Source: Eukaryota sp. GEM-RC1 (taxonomy: Eukaryota). Taken from it: a stretch of 64,000 nt of DNA. The stretch covers positions 1,054,001 through 1,118,000 of the forward strand of contig JAUFOQ010000017.1 of NCBI GenBank assembly GCA_040285855.1, given 5' to 3'. The notes under the pieces were generated by a model, which saw only the letters and a list, made by a program, of their open reading frames with translations, was not told the DNA's origin and made no database searches. The translations under genes were made by a program, and so were the position numbers. This document shows positions 26,806-39,792 of this stretch, in pieces (within the stretch, counting starts at the first letter, position 1; each line of letters opens with the position of its first letter).

Positions 26806-27230
26806 TTTCTTTAAAAAGTTGTTGAACTTTTTCCATTGACATATCCTTCCAACCTCAACCTAATTGAGAATGAATTGTCTACTACAGTTGAATGGAATGA
26901 TTTATTGGGATAAGAAGCCACAATGGCTTGAAAGAGAAAGTCGTTGAATTTGGAGGTTCAAAATGAGAAGAGAAGATTGTTGATTCATTTTGAAACTTAT
27001 TGAGTGTAACTTCAGAAGGATTTGATATGAAATTTACAAGCTTTAGAGCAATGACTTCCAATCCATTTAATTGATTGAGACGAGTATTAGAATCTTCCAT
27101 ATCCACGAAACGTGAAATTAAAGATCTTAGTTCATTTAAATATCGCTCTAGTTTTTTAAAAAAAAATTAATTTGGATAAATTCTTAAGGACTTGATCGTA
27201 TGTTGGGACAATATCCAGATTTTTAATAAA

Positions 27231-28106
27231 GGCACTGATTTAACGCACCACAAAACGCACCATAAATTGATTTTTTTGTCCTTGCGCACCACATTTATAC
27301 GAAACGTACCATAAATTATTTCCATTTTTCTTTATTTTAAGGGACCAAAAAAACATGCAGTCTATTTAGGTAAAGTATTCTTGCGTGGTCTTCCTCTTCG
27401 ATGGGTTCCTTCGAGTTCCTCTAGAAAATAAAGGTCTACCTCGGGTTTTCCTTGCTTTGGGTCTAGAAGGAACAGAATGGATATCACCCATCAACTTTTT
27501 CAATTGTTCGTCGATGTAGGCTCGATGCTCAGAAGAGATCTCAGTGATGTAGGTCAAAAATCCAAGGATGTCTGTGGAAGAACTCTCGATACTCTGAGAG
27601 TATGTTTTTCCACATAATGACCATTTTAGCTACAAAACCAGCTAGATTATCTGTAGACACCTGATGACAGCCAAGAAACTTCTCACCATAATCCGTAATC
27701 AAAGCGTGAATATACTGTAAAAATACAGGAAACTATTCAAATTTTGAATTCATTTCGGCTGATGAGGCATTGACAGATTCGATATCTGAGACATAACACA
27801 TTTCTGCAAAGCTCATCTTCCAAAGCATTATCTCGTACATGTTTTCTAGGATGAGTTACAACATTTTTATTGATATGCCATAAGCAAAGAGCATGTTTGG
27901 CGTCAGGGAATTGATGTTGAAGAGCAACATTAAGAGCTTGTTCACGGTCTGTTATTACCATAGCTAAAGTTACGGTATTTAAGGAGGTGCTGTGAACAGA
28001 ACAATTTATGGTACGTTACTGAATTTATGGTCCGTTTTACATTGTGGTGCGTAAGGACAAAAACAATCAATTTATGGTACGTTTTGTGGTGCGTTAAATC
28101 AGTGTC
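27231..28106 (-). mobile_element. Internally deleted Mutator-like element (MULE)
   Basis: Long TIRs (GGCACTGATTTAACGCACCACAAAACG... and inverse at ~28040-28106); TTAATAAA flanking duplication; transposase remnant VITDREQALNVALQHQFPDAKHALCLWHINKNV. Confidence 0.9.
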
Positions 28107-28812
28107 TTAATAAATTCACCACATAAAATGTAATGAACCACGCATAATTTGAAAAACATATCTGAATGTACAAATCTGATTCTTCAATAGTTGAGAGTGG
28201 TTTTAGCAAAGGAATCGATTGTGCAAAGGTATACAAATCGTAAATAACAGAAAATAATAGGTATATAATGTCGAGTCCGAATAGAATTTTTGGTATATTG
28301 AAATGTAGATGTTTTCTCTTACACAATCTTCACTGATGATGATTTAGATAGACAATGAAAATAAGGGTGCATAATTGTAGTTAAAAAATCAACCTGAGAA
28401 TTCGCTACGTGTCTAAACACCAGACACTATGGTCTTTCTGAAAGCAAATTTTTGGCAAGTTGTTGACATTTGGATGATCACTAATTGTTTGTTGTTTGTT
28501 GACACATGGAACTATACAGAACAGTTCTGTGTGTCAGTTTCGCATATGACGGTGTCTTACTTTTTGTTACTTTTTGTCTTTTTTACTTATTTCGAAGGCA
28601 ACAGTAACACATGGAGTTGGTTAATTCTGTCTGTACTGATTGAGTTCGGGTAGAAACCAAACCCCGATTGATAGACTATAATTAGTCTTAGGCTGCAATA
28701 TACTGCAAACGACTTTCAACAACCCACTCAACATATGTCATTAATTGTTTCTCAATCACCAGGAAATCTGTTCAAAAAATCACTTTACAGAATTGTGATG
28801 GTAATGTTTGAG

Positions 28813-31271
28813 TAGACCTGTGCAATCGACTCAGATAGTCGACTAAGTCGACTCCGCTACATCAGTCGAGTCGAATCGACTTAAACAATGTCTGAGTCGA
28901 GTCGAGTCGACTCAAGTCATATATTACATCGCATCAAATCACACTACATGTGGTTTATAGATATTATCTTCCATTAAATAGTTCAATACAGAATATTGAA
29001 ACAACACCAATTGTCTTTCGTCTTTGTGGTTAAATAATTGAGTGAAGTTACTACATGTAGTACTCAATTTTATTTACACCAATTTCTTGTTTCTCCTCTT
29101 TGAATGTCTTTACCTCCAACAAAGACCTGCAGTATTCTAACTGCACCAGGTGAAGAGATCACCATATCTTCTGATACTGAACCAGCTCCGACAGTGCTAT
29201 CTCCTCGTCAAACTTTCCAGGGCATCGTCACTTTGTTGTACACAAAGGACGCAAAGTGTGTAAGCTCTGCTCTAACGGCACTTCTTTTGCCTTAAAAACT
29301 TCAACGACTGTCTTACGTTCTCATCTTAACGAGAAGCATCCCAACTGGGAGGGCCACTCACAACGAACTATTAAAACTGTAGCCCCAAAGATTAGGAAGA
29401 GTACTACTAAATACATCAACCTTATGTTGGCAAAACTTGTACTGGAAAAATCTTTGTCTTTCAGTTTTGTGAACTCAAAAGCTCTAAAAGAGCTCCTGAA
29501 CTTGCTAGCTCCTGGTTATAAGGTTCCCTCTAGATGGACACTTCAACGATCTCTCCATTCTGCGTTTTTTAGAAACAAAGCTGCGATTGCTAAGAAAGTT
29601 TCGAAAATTGCTACACTATCCATAGACCTGTGGACATCAAGATCTCAGGTACATTTTTTAGGTGTGACTGCACACTTTGTAGAGAGTGGAGAACTCAAAA
29701 GCATGGTCCTAGATGTCAAGATGCTTCCGTTTCCACACAATGACGAAGCTATTGCTATCGCAATTAAAGAAATATTGACGGAGTTTGACATTAAGAAGGT
29801 TTTGTGTGTAACCACTGATAACGCAAGAAACATGGTTAACGTGATGAAGTCACTACTTCCTTCCACCTCGTCTTATCATGGGAGATGTATGGGACATGTT
29901 CTCAACATTTGTGTCAAAGCTGGTTTGGATTGCTTACAACCCTTTATAGCCAAAATAAGAGAGTTTGTTGTTGACCTTCACCGAAGTCCCAAAGTTAGAC
30001 AAGAGTTCAGTGAGTTTTGTAAACGATTAGACTTTCACATTCCTAGTGAGATTGATTGGCAAAGTGGGGATGATGGTGATAACACAGAAGGAGACAATAG
30101 CTCACAAGAAGATTGCGACAGAAGCTCCCAAGAACTTGCTGAAGATGATAAGCTCCCTGTGATTCCAAAAGGACTGATTCCATTAGATGTCGCTATTCGT
30201 TGGAACAGTTTGTACAGAATGATAAAGAGTTATCACAATTTTGGTTCTGTCATACCTTTGTTCCTTCGAAGTGTTGATAAGATCTTTTTAGCTCTTTCTC
30301 CAGATGAGGAATCTACTCTCAATCAATGCCTAGAACTGCTTAAACCGTTCTTCGCTGTCACTGAAGCTATTTCGGGAGAATCGTACCCCACCATGAGTTT
30401 TCTTTTAGCTGCTTCAACTCATTGTCTCGCTCACCTTTTGCCAAGAGACACAGATGAAGCGTTCTTGTCTGAGGCCAAGCAACAAATGAAAGCCAAGTTT
30501 GATACTTATATTCCCTTCATGTACACATTTCCTGCTTTTGTGTGTGCAATCTTAGATCCTCGGTTCAAAAACCAGGTGGTTCCCCAATTAACAAACAATT
30601 CTGGTTATTTTGAGCAATTAAAGGAGTTAATTAAGAGCCGCAAAACCGAAAAGGGTGTTCAAGAAGTCAAGTAACCAAGACTAGTACCATTTCTTCCAAT
30701 TCCAATTCCATGCGGCGACGAACTTTCCCAATATTTAAGTGATCCACTGGCCGTCATAAGTACCAATCCGGTTCTTTGGTGGCATCAAAGTAAAGGCCGC
30801 TATCCAATTCTCAGTGATTTGGCTGAAGAATTTTTGTCAATTCAGGCGACCTCAGTACCATGTGAGCGCCTCTTCTCAAAAACAGGTGATATAGTTTCAA
30901 GGAAGCGTTGTTCTTTGAGTGACGAAAATATTAGAGCATCTGCATGTTTACAGTCATGGAGCGTCTTTCTTGGTGATGAATTTGTGTTATAGCTACTTCA
31001 GTACTTATAGACTTTATTTGTTATGATATACTAATAGCTTTTCTTGTTTCTTGTTATAAAAATGTCCTGGATTTTGCCCGTTTTATAGACAAATGAATTT
31101 CCTTGAGTGTAGCTACTATCGTTACTCAATAGTCGACTCGAGTCGACTCAAAGCCGAGTCGAGTCGGCTCAGATAAATAATTAGTCGAGTCGAGTCGACT
31201 ACACGATTCGTAGAGCCGAGTCAAGTCGACTCAGATAAATTTCTAGTCGAGTCGAGTCGTGCACAGGTCTA
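28813..31271 (+). mobile_element. Full-length hAT DNA transposon
   Basis: Perfect 12-bp TIR TAGACCTGTGCA; 8-bp TSD TGTTTGAG (28805-28812, 31272-31279); GAGTCGAC subterminal repeats at both ends. Confidence 0.95.
29104..30992 (+). CDS. hAT transposase (BED finger, DDE core, dimerisation domain); frameshifted
   Basis: CKLC...HLNEKH, SIDLWTS, TTDNARNM, CMGHVLN, RWNSLY, LDPRFK, and in a downstream frame SIQATSVPCERLFS. Confidence 0.92.
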
Positions 31272-31995
31272 TGTTTGAGATAACTCATTTCATCTCTAAA
31301 ACATGGAACGGAAATGTTTTGCACCGCGCCGATTTTAGGCGTACCGTACCGTACTGTACTTTTGACCGACTAAAATAAATTATTATTTTTCTGAACATAC
31401 TACTAGTAGTAATGACCCAATGTTAGAGTTTAACAGTTACCATCGTCATAAGTTCTACCGTTCAACACTGCTCAGGCTATCAAGATAATGATTGTCATAC
31501 TTATTCAAATTTAGGGTACGTCATTTGCTGACCACAACTTCCCCAAAATGACATTTTTCCGCATGAAGCTCAGCAATCGCTCGAAATCAGCAATAGTAGT
31601 AGCGTCGTCGAATCACACAACTTTTAACGAGTGACTACGATGTAATACATTAGTGATAATGGGCCCAAAAACCAACTGACCGGATTTCTACACGATCAGA
31701 AGACCAATATTAATTTGCATTAGTACAGTGTTTGCTAGTGAATGAACCTCCACTCAAAAAATAGTATTTGTAAGTCCATTTCGATCACTCATAAACTGGC
31801 TTTTTATAAAATCAAATGACATCGACCGATCCGTACCATACGTACCAAAGATTTGCGTGCATTGCTCTTAAATTGAAGTCCAATAATTTGACAATCACTA
31901 CTTACTTCATAGTACAATATTTGTTTTGTACGAGCAAAATGGTGAACATGAACAGTTAATTATCAAAATTAATTTTTGTCAATCTTTACATCCCA

Positions 31996-32352
31996 ATGAC
32001 ATTCGATTCAACTGAAGAAGAACAAAGAGACGAAACACTTTCTGAAGAAGAGTCAATGTGGGGTTATACTGTGGAACCTCCTCGACGTACACCTAACAGA
32101 AGATTATCCACTGTCTGTGAGATCGCATATTCACCTCAGACATCCAATTCAGTTGTGAACAAGAATTCCCAGGCTTGCTTTTTTCTTCTTCAAGAAGAGT
32201 GGTTGCCCACATAGAAGTAGCTGTACCTACAGTTATGATCTAACAAAATGAGGAACCATCCTCTGTACAAAACAAGACGTTGTGAGAAACCCAACTGTCC
32301 CCTCGGTGGTACCTATTGTTCTTATGCACACTCTGATGATGAATTACGTCCT
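31996..32352 (+). pseudogene. Truncated duplicate of the 5' part of the CCCH gene at 35980
   Basis: Near-identical to 35980-36336, with a premature stop and an abrupt end. Confidence 0.8.
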
Positions 32353-32427
32353 GCTGTAGGAATACTGTATTCTATTTGAAGTTCAAATATTGAACACTGC
32401 GAAAATCTAAGATTTCAAATTTCATTA

Positions 32428-33445
32428 ATGATATCTGTTTCGTATCAGATGTCCTGTTTGGTTCTGTACGTTCCTTTATCGTTCTTTAGCAAAGGCATTT
32501 CCTTTTAAAGGAAGCTTTGGCAAAATCGGTGTTTTTGGAGGCTCTCATGAATACTGTGGTGCTCCCTACTTTGCTGCCATGTCTGCCTTAAAGTATGGTG
32601 CTGATTTGTCATCCATAATATGTTCTCCAGATGCTGCAATCCCAATCAAGTCTTATTGTCCGGATCTTATCGTTTTCCCTTCCTTTTATGATATCACAGC
32701 GTGCATTCAACTCATTCCTAGATTTGATAGTATTGTAATCGGTTCTGCAGCTGGTAGATGTGAATCAGCCGTTGCATCAATGAAACAGATCATTCCCAAG
32801 GCAATTGAGTCTGCTAAAGTAGTTGTACTTGATGGAGATGCTCTGTGGTTGTTATCACAGGACAAGTCTATTCTGCCTTCTGATTTTGGATCTTGTACAG
32901 TAGTTTTAACTCCAAACTTTATGGAATTAACCCGTCTTTGTCAAACGTATCTTGATCATACCCCACAAGGCGTTTCCGAGAATTTTTCGGATAAGCTGGG
33001 AAAGTTCTTACGGACATTTGTAGTTCGAAAGGGACCTATAGACTTCATTGGAACACCATCTGGAGCTGCTAATTTAAGTAATTTCACGGGATGTGATCAA
33101 CCAAAAAGAGCTGGAGGACTAGGCGATTTACTTGCAGGATGTATTGCTGTCTACACCCTACACTGTTTGGGATCTGAAACTCACCCTGTAGAGGTGGCTT
33201 TAGAAAGAGCTTGTCAGATTAACAGATTCTATGCTCATGAAACTTTTCATAACTGCAAAATTTGGTATTCTATGGTTGCTTCTGATGTTCTTAACAATAT
33301 AAAGCTCGACGGTAGAATGCAGTTACCACCATTAACGCAAAAACAGATTCATCGGGATGGCCTTATCGCTCTCATTATTATGGGTCCACTTGTTTTGGCT
33401 GTAATTGCTTTTTTACACTACTTTGCCTACCATAGTAACTTATAG
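32428..33445 (+). CDS. NAXD: ATP-dependent NAD(P)H-hydrate dehydratase (YjeF C-terminal/carbohydrate kinase family) with hydrophobic C-terminal tail
   Basis: KGSFGKIGVFGGSHEYCGAPYFAAMSALKYGADL, VVLDGDALWL, VLTPNFMELTRL, KRAGGLGDLLAG. The start is uncertain (frameshift or intron near 32470-32505). Confidence 0.88.
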
Positions 33446-33997
33446 TTATACCAATAATAACAATTGTAAAATTCTAAAGTTAAAGTTACTACGAATTGGC
33501 TTTTAGTTCAAATTGTCCGGGGTTAATTTGACATTTAGTTCAAAAAATTGAGTCTTTCAGCTGTTATAGGTAGGTGAATATCTTTAAGATTTTAGTGTAC
33601 CCAGCTTTGAACAGTCGTAAATATCCATTGTTTAACTACAATGAATAATTGTCGTTAAGAACAATTTGAGAACTTGCAAACAGCTCCGAAATCAAACACT
33701 ATGGTCCTTCTCCTAGCAAAACCTTGACATCCACTACGTGAACGTATCACAGTATGGGATACTATGATGACTTACCATCAGACCGTTGTAGTCAGTAATA
33801 ATAGAAAGGTCCACTTCCGTTTTCAATTAAAAATGAGTTGTAGTGTTTTGTCCAATTTCAATGAATACGAGCCACGCTTTTGTTTCCAAATTTGAAATTT
33901 AATTTTTTTTCTTTGACGAGGATGGTCTTTGGTACGTGAAATTGATCCTACTCCTGGTACCTTATAAGCTAAAAACGTGGACAATCTCTTTAAATCA

Positions 33998-34883
33998 TAG
34001 TACGGAAAATACTGGGCGTGTTTTAACACGGTGTTCTGAACGTGTTGTACTTTTTGAAGGGGTAGTTGCGGTGTTTTTAGTTGTTGATTGTTTCAAGCTG
34101 TTGTATGAAAATAGTTTCAAATATATAAATTCTTTTCTGCATAAATGGTGGTGAGAACAAATAGGAACTCTAAGGAGTCGGAATTGATAGTCAGTGATGT
34201 ATTCGATCACTGAAGGTCGGGCATTTTTGTAGAGAGAAGTGGATGAAAAGTTTGTGTGGATGTTTGGCGGTGTTGCAGCGGTGTTCAGTGTGAAAGAGGC
34301 TTGTAAAAAACGTTGTCCAAAAATAAAAAACGACGTTTTTTATCATTTTTCCGAAATCTATAAAAAACGTTCAAAAAGCGCAGATCAACCTTTTCAACTT
34401 TTCACTTTTTTCTGATTTCATTTTCATCACCCAAATCTTTCATAGTGCGACATTGCAGATATGTTCTTTTGACATGAAGGAAGGAGAACACCATTAAGAT
34501 GAAGTACAGTGCTCATCTGACGATGATCACGTGGTCAGGACGGGAAGATATCAAGGTATATGCAACAAGACCACTGTTTGAGTGTACCTGAAGGTCGTGT
34601 CACTCAGATACAGAACCAAAAAGCATATACTGTATCAGTAATAGTGACTCCAACAAATACTATTGCCTTGTTTCAGTCCTGCTTGGTCAGAAACATCATA
34701 CCTGAAATAACACCTGTCACAATAAGACAACAGTGGGTGAAAGTCGTGCTTTTTGTGTCAATCCAGAAAATAGAAAACGTTGGCGATAAAAAACGTCTTA
34801 AACGTTTTTTATCAAGTGACAAGCCTGGTATGAACGTGTTCTGAACGTGTTGTAACTGGGTGAACACGTGTTTTTCCGTACTA
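33998..34883. mobile_element. MITE family B copy containing a nested family A copy (34296-34827)
   Basis: TIR TAGTACGGAAAA/TTTTCCGTACTA; the inner element is the reverse complement of 16530-17093. Confidence 0.85.
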
Positions 34884-35979
34884 GGCTTAAAATTTAAATA
34901 CAAAGAGATAATATTATCTTTCTTTTTAGTATTAAATTAGTAACAATAACAAACAATACAATACTTGATCAACTTCTTATGAGATCTATTATGTAATTTT
35001 GGTTGTTTCTAGATTTTAGTCAAATTTGGAATCTTCGGCATTTCTGAAAAGAATCTTCATTAAATGGGAATGGGAGTACCATAACATCATGGGACTTCCA
35101 AGTTTTGGGATCACAAGTGTATATGCAATTTGTTCCATTGGATGATCACTCGTGGTCTGACACATTGAAATAAATAGATCCGTTTTTTCTGTCAGTTTCA
35201 CTGGGAAATATACACTTGCCTACATTTAGAAGAAATATCGATAACAGTACATTTTTGTATGACGATGCCTTTATTTACCTGGAATACAACAGTGACACAT
35301 AAGTTGGTATTTTACAGGTTGACTGGGGTAGAAACCAAAACCTGATTAAACTACCGTAAGTTCAAGTTTGCTTACATTGAACAGCTCACACAACGTTTGT
35401 CATTCAAGTGACTTCAGCGACCAGGAAACCGTTTCAAAAAATCAAGTTACATGATAGTGAGTCTAATCTAAAAATCCAGAAGATCAACTCTTTTATTGTT
35501 GTTACACATGTCACATGCCATATTGCACCGAAAAAGGAAACCTGCCTCCTAAATAAGAAAGTGTAAAACAAAAAGTGATTCAAAGACTAAAATCAAACGA
35601 CTTCATGCCTATCCGGTAAAAGATTCCGTTTTTCAACATTAACCTTCACACCAAACTTGTACAGTTTCTCAACTAATCGAGAGAAATAGAAGGGCTTATT
35701 CCTATAAGTGGAAAACACGATACGGTTGTTCCATTGAAACGCTCACAACTTATGCTTCTTTTTTTACACAGATTTTCAAAATTGAACAACTGTTAGCTTT
35801 GCCATCATACTCCATGTATGAGATTGAGATAATTTGCTACATCTCTGAAAATGAAGTCCAATACAATGGCAATAAGTATCTACATGTGCAGGCCATAGAT
35901 TTTGTTTTGAACGAGCAAATTTTGTAATGACTAGGAAGGAGCATTTTCAAAATTAATTTTTGTCAATTCCTTTACTTTA

Positions 35980-37484
35980 ATGATATTCGATTCAACTGAA
36001 GAAGAACAAAGAGACGAAACACTTCCTGAAGAAGAGTCAATGTGGGGTTACACTGTGGAAGCTCCTCGTCGTACACCTAACAGAAGATTATCCACTGTAT
36101 GTGAGATCACATTCTTCACCTCAGACATCAAATTCGGATGTGAACAAGAATTCCCAGGCTTGCCTTTTCTTCTTCAAGAAGAGTGGTTGCCCACATGGAA
36201 GTAGCTGTACCTACAGTCATGATCTATCAAAAATGAGGAACCATCCTCTGTACAAAACAAGACGGTGTGAGAAACCCAACTGTCCCCTCGGTGGTACCTA
36301 TTGTTCTTATGCACACTCTGATGATGAATTACGTCCAGGTAAACTTCTATGTAAGTATGGAGCTGATTGTTACAGAAGCGATTGTGCGTTTGCACATCCA
36401 CCTCGATCCCCTCGAGCTCCCAGATCTTCATTTCTTCCTGAAAATCGAGCTGATGCCGTTCCGATCCGTTCTCTCTTGAATCGCATTGTTGCCACTCCCC
36501 AAACTCCTGCTGCTTCTGACTCTTCCCACATCCAACTCAGACTCTGCAACACCCCCGAGCCTCATGGTCTTGAAGTTCTCCACGATTCTCCCTCCACGCC
36601 AGTTGTTGCACTCTCTTCTTTTCCAACAGCAACTAGTTTCGCTGATCTGGACTTGGATTTAGTCTCAACTAAATTCCAGGAAAACTTTGACCATTTACTG
36701 ACCAAATTACACTCCTTCGATCCTGTATTCTCTCATTCATATCAGTACACGTGCTTGTTTGATGGTTCTGATGGATACTACAAGTTCCGGTTGATCTTAT
36801 CTCCTTTCACCTTTGTAGAGCTCTGTTCTACTGACAAAGTAGAGCAATTTAAGGAGAACATCTTCTTCCCGTTCCCCCCTCCACTGCCCTTCCCAAATAA
36901 GTTCAAAAACCTGACTGCCATTGGAAGCAAAGTCTTACTGTAAGTTTGGACAGAGATGCTTTAAGAATGATCATTGTCATGAGACACATCCGAGGTTTTC
37001 CTGTTTGGATGAAGACAAGAACTGTAGGTTTTACGTTCCTGAAGAGTTTGAGTTGGGGAGAGCTCAATGTGATGATGATGCAGTGATTTGTTATGTCCAG
37101 GATGAGAATTGTAGAGAGATTTATCTTTCTTCTATAACTCATTTAACTTCGGCACAGTTTATCAAAACTGGAAATTATATGAAATTGGCTTTATCGATTT
37201 TACAGAATATTATTGTCCTTTTTAATTCTAAAGCTGGGGAACATCAAGAATATCAAGATGGGTTTCCAATTAAGCGAATTTATTTTAATTTTGGAGATTA
37301 TGAATCTTCTACTGCTTTTAATGATTCTCTACCTCCTGCCGGAAATCACTGCTTAATGAGAGTCGAATTATCTGAAAAAACTGTTCAATTGTTACAATAT
37401 TACTTCAAACCTTTGAGAGGTAGAGTTTTTCATCATTGTGATGAAGCTCAGAAGTCATGGAAACAGTTTATTAATGAATGTTAA
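35980..37484 (+). CDS. Multi-CCCH zinc-finger (RNA-binding) protein; frameshifted
   Basis: CLFFFKKSGCPHGSSCTYSH, YKTRRCEKPNCPLGGTYCSYAH, CKYGADCYRSDCAFAH and CKFGQRCFKNDHCHETH. Confidence 0.8.
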
Positions 37485-37602
37485 TGTTGTTTAAAAATGT
37501 ATATAATTATATCAAATGAATAATATAAATGATGAAATTTAACTCGTATTAGTACAAATAATTAGCAATACTTAGGATGTGTTCAGATTCTGATACTTAT
37601 TG

Positions 37603-39783
37603 TCAACTAATTGTATCACATAGATATTGAGAGACAAAATCATTTGTAGCAACGGGTGAAACTGAAGCAGAATCAAAATTAGGAATCTCAAAGGAAAACG
37701 GTTTGAAATCTCCATCAAAATTGATTGGTGATTGTGGTGCATCAGGAGCAACACTCGAAACCAATGAATTATTCAATTTAACTACACAATGAACTTGACC
37801 AACAGCAGTTGATTTAGTAGTTTCCGGTGGATAAAAGTTATACCAGCCATCTAAACCAGATCGTATATACAACAACGTATCCAAAGGAACTCGAGCTTCA
37901 GCAATAACAATATCGTTGAATATTAATTTCAAATTCAATTTTAAATTTTGTAAATCATCCATAAGTTGAGAGGTAGTTATACCAAAATTTGTTGCGAAAT
38001 CACAATCAGAAGAAAGTCTGTCTGAAAGCAAGTTAGATTTAAACTGAAACGGAGTTGAAACTTTAGAGAAGATTTGTGATTTTTGAGACTCTTCACGAAA
38101 AACAGAGACAACTAGACTTGCTTTTACATTAGATACATCTGAAAAGAAACTTCGGGATGAAAAATAATGAAAATTGAAATTTTTAATTTCAGTGACAAAT
38201 ATATTCAATGCATTATCACATGAAAAGGACAAACTATGGACTGACAAATCAGAAAATGCCGGAGAATCTTCAGGACTAATTGACTTTTCAGGACTTGAGC
38301 AAGGAACTGGAGATTCTTCTTCAGAAAAATCATGAAAATGATGACGTTTTTTTGATTTAGTCTTAGATTTTTCAATTTTATCTGCAAGTTTGAGCAATTC
38401 TTCAATAAGTTCTGATGCATCAACAACAGGCTCATCTTCGGTCGTTTCAAGGTAATAATCACTATCCTCAATCAATTCTGATTGATCCTCATCAGAAATC
38501 GATGGTGACGACACCGGTGATGGTGACAAATGAACTGAAACAGGTGATGCTGACGGTTTTGGTGGGGAATAATTAGAATTAAAAAACCCAATCAATTCTG
38601 ATGCTTCGTCTTCTGCAATTGAACTGGAAACTGAAGCAGATCGACGATGTGTCTGTTCAGGAAGGTATATTTGATTGATTGGCTGATGTGATGAGTAGGG
38701 CTCAGTACTGACTGACTTCTCGCGACTGCTTGACTTTTCACGACTAACTGACTTCGACTGTGGTATTGATTTTGAAACACTTTTAAAATAAGGTCTTGGC
38801 GGTAGAGATAATGATGGTCCAGTAGAAAACCTCAAAACATCACGTGTTTTATGACCTATTTCTGCACCACTCAAAAACTCACTCTTCAACGCGTCATCAC
38901 ACGTCATCCTTTTGATTGGAGAAAACATCAGCAGTCCTTGAAAAAACCCAACGCTACTACTAGGAAGCTTTTGAGCAAGCAACAATCTAGGCAGAAGAGG
39001 TGGAGCTGAAGGTTTAACAGAAGCTACTAAATGACGTGCTGCTTCAATCGGGAGAGATATGAGATCAGAAGGAGCAGGAAGTCCCAGACATTTGAAGATC
39101 TTGGCTATTTGTTCGGCTACTCCTGGTGCAGCGAATAGGGGAGATGAGAGAGAACCTACTTTGAAGAGTTGGAGAACGACGATGGCAGCTGACCATACGT
39201 CTGTTGAGAAGTCGAACTCTGGGTATGTATTGGTTTTAGGATTGGGAAGTAGTTGTTCAGGTGGGAGGTAGGCGAGGTGACGAGGAGGTCTGAGGGTGGG
39301 AGAGCGAGGAGATAGAGAGACAGGGGAGAGGAGGACTCTGTTGTTGACTATGGCGAGAGTGTCAGGTCTGATGTCTGTGTGAACAAGATTGTGGGAGTGG
39401 ATATTGGATAACGAAGAGAAGAGAGATGAAACTAGGGAAAGAGCGTTGGAGTGGGATGGCGGATCAGAGAGAAGATCTTGAACTGTTTCGAGAGAATTTG
39501 GCACAATAGCGTAGAGAACATTGCCAGAGGCTTCTTGAGAAAGAAAAAACTCTTTAGCAGCAATTGTTCCATCTTTGTGGGCTGACATGAGAGAACTGGC
39601 TCTGTCGAAAGCTGTAGATGTATCAACAACAGATCGACATATCATGACAGATTCATTTGTAGCACGGTGTATTCCTGACCAAACATGTGTAGACAGTTTG
39701 TCAGTGATAGAATATTTATCCATTAGACGAACATAAGTTAGTTCAAGTGAGATTGGGCGAAATTTGCAGTTTTCATCTACCAT
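37603..39783 (-). CDS. CMGC-like pseudokinase with Ser-rich linker and C-terminal C2 domain
   Basis: VHTDIRPDTL, YLPPEQLL, DVWSAAIV, LFAAPGVAEQIAKIFKCLGLP and PIKRMTCDDALKSEF are present; the Gly loop, VAIK and DFG are missing. C-terminal IAEARVPLDTL...LDGWYNF...VGQVHCVV is C2-like. Confidence 0.75.
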   Translation of the reverse strand: MVDENCKFRPISLELTYVRLMDKYSITDKLSTHVWSGIHRATNESVMICRSVVDTSTAFDRASSLMSAHKDGTIAAKEFFLSQEASGNVLYAIVPNSLETVQDLLSDPPSHSNALSLVSSLFSSLSNIHSHNLVHTDIRPDTLAIVNNRVLLSPVSLSPRSPTLRPPRHLAYLPPEQLLPNPKTNTYPEFDFSTDVWSAAIVVLQLFKVGSLSSPLFAAPGVAEQIAKIFKCLGLPAPSDLISLPIEAARHLVASVKPSAPPLLPRLLLAQKLPSSSVGFFQGLLMFSPIKRMTCDDALKSEFLSGAEIGHKTRDVLRFSTGPSLSLPPRPYFKSVSKSIPQSKSVSREKSSSREKSVSTEPYSSHQPINQIYLPEQTHRRSASVSSSIAEDEASELIGFFNSNYSPPKPSASPVSVHLSPSPVSSPSISDEDQSELIEDSDYYLETTEDEPVVDASELIEELLKLADKIEKSKTKSKKRHHFHDFSEEESPVPCSSPEKSISPEDSPAFSDLSVHSLSFSCDNALNIFVTEIKNFNFHYFSSRSFFSDVSNVKASLVVSVFREESQKSQIFSKVSTPFQFKSNLLSDRLSSDCDFATNFGITTSQLMDDLQNLKLNLKLIFNDIVIAEARVPLDTLLYIRSGLDGWYNFYPPETTKSTAVGQVHCVVKLNNSLVSSVAPDAPQSPINFDGDFKPFSFEIPNFDSASVSPVATNDFVSQYLCDTIS

Positions 39784-39792
39784 CTTCTTTAA

